A stretch of DNA of 28,458 nucleotides from Candidatus Poribacteria bacterium. GTDB taxonomy: Bacteria > Poribacteria > WGA-4E > UBA9662. The position numbers and the translations under genes were made by a program. The stretch is from the NCBI GenBank assembly GCA_046582655.1, contig JAYGDX010000263.1:1-28458 (forward strand). The letters are read 5' to 3'. This document shows, piece after piece, positions 27,546-28,458 of the stretch. The first letter of the stretch is position 1. Each line of letters begins with the position of its first letter. The notes beneath the pieces were generated by a model. The model saw nothing but the letters and a program-made list of their open reading frames with translations. It was not told the DNA's origin and did no database searches.

Positions 27546-27638
27546 AACCAAGATTTCACCGGCGGAATTCCGGAAATCTTGCCAAAAGTCAGATTTTATT
27601 CGTTATCGTGGATGCGGATTCAAAAAAACTCGGTTTCT
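27543..27638. repeat. REP/MITE-like palindromic element
   Basis: Imperfect terminal inverted repeat AGAAACCAAGATTT / AAAACTCGGTTTCT. Inner perfect CAAGATTTC (27549-27557) / GAAATCTTG (27573-27581) around the palindrome CGGAATTCCG. Confidence 0.45.
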
Positions 27639-27868
27639 GACTCGCCTGCCGCTTTAGGTCACAACTTGAGTTATATTACATGAAGAAGCGAAACAAACAA
27701 AGTTTCCATCTGTTTAATTCAGCAAGACAATTCTGAAAAACACAGATGGATTGTCGATATTGTCTTCTTTGATCTATTCTTAATAGAATGATGATATGGG
27801 ATTTTGTGTTTTGGCGCCGAAACTTGGTAGAAAGACAGATCTCCCCAAGCGACCTTTGCTAACACAAT

Positions 27869-28458
27869 ATGGCAAACATACGGATAAAGAACATTCTGAA
27901 CATGGAAAGAAGTAAAAAAAAACAACAGCGAGATCCTAAACCACAATTTCTTGTTTCAGCCGCTGACATTGAAGACAAATTTCAACAAGCTGTTGCTTTT
28001 CATCAAGCAGGTCAGTTATCGCAAGCGGAAAAAATATGTAAGCAGATACTAACATACAACTCTCAAAATGCAGAGGTTTTCCATTTTCTAGGAATCATCG
28101 CCTGTCAAGTAGGCAAGTATCCGGTCGCAGTTGACTTAATTACTCAAGCAATAGAAATAGACTCCAAGCAACCTCCATTTTATTACAGTTTAGCTAATGC
28201 GTTGCGGGAACAGGGAAAGTTAGAGAAGGCTACTGAGGCATATCAGCAAGTTATACAAATTCAACCCAACCATGCTGATGCTTATAATAACTTAGGCACC
28301 GTGTTTATAAATCAAGACAGAATTGATGACGCCATTGAGGCATATCAGCAAGCCATCCGTATTCAACCCAATCAGGGGGAGGCCTACTACAATCTGGGGA
28401 ATGCTTTTCACAGCCAAGAGCGGATGGAAGAAGCTATTGAGGCATATCAGAAAGCTAT
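27869..28458 (+). CDS. Tetratricopeptide-repeat protein (partial, runs off the window)
   Basis: Not in the ORF track. Open frame from ATG 27869 (alternative 27902): FQQAVAFHQAGQLSQAEKICKQIL...EAYQQVIQIQPNHADAYNNLG...EAYQQAIRIQPNQGEAYYNLGNA. gaggcatatcag recurs every 102 nt (34 aa). Confidence 0.93.
   Translation, partial: MANIRIKNILNMERSKKKQQRDPKPQFLVSAADIEDKFQQAVAFHQAGQLSQAEKICKQILTYNSQNAEVFHFLGIIACQVGKYPVAVDLITQAIEIDSKQPPFYYSLANALREQGKLEKATEAYQQVIQIQPNHADAYNNLGTVFINQDRIDDAIEAYQQAIRIQPNQGEAYYNLGNAFHSQERMEEAIEAYQKA

Noticed and set aside
975..27946. Numerous 60-170 aa alternative-frame or antisense ORFs in the track (e.g. 16744..17238, 23897..24412, 4593..5000)
   Set aside because: They overlap well-supported genes or show no recognisable motifs, so they are treated as shadow ORFs.
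28230..28458. gaggcatatcag repeats as a non-coding array
   Set aside because: The 102-nt period equals the 34-aa TPR unit in an open frame.

Overview
Bacterial chromosomal window. A LamG protein ending in an AVxxxGKLxxxWxxLK motif, a DUF6785/6784-type membrane protein and flagellin genes suggest Candidatus Poribacteria, possibly a flagellated planktonic lineage (inference). Left end: a divergent flagellin gene with a sigma54-type promoter, followed by a decayed flagellin pseudogene that keeps a sigma28 promoter and a GGA-loop leader hairpin. Next come an NYN-domain protein, the heptose genes gmhB/rfaE1 and RNase P RNA. A ~15 kb co-oriented minus-strand run follows: dppA-lamG-dppB-dppC (no ATPase genes), a four-gene uncharacterised membrane module, a frameshifted VOC gene, surE, DUF368, nadK, aroE, zapA, moxR and a hypothetical gene. 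Right end: a DUF6785-type polytopic protein, a Gfo/Idh/MocA oxidoreductase, a DUF481-type barrel, a SelA/DgaE-like PLP enzyme and a TPR gene cut by the window edge. The best candidate for a novel system is the four-gene module at 13124-17304. It looks like two pairs of homologous subunits in opposite membrane orientations, one subunit fused to tandem LysM and FN3-like domains, and may be an undescribed secondary transporter for peptides or muropeptides. All family assignments come from motif recognition by eye; no searches were run.
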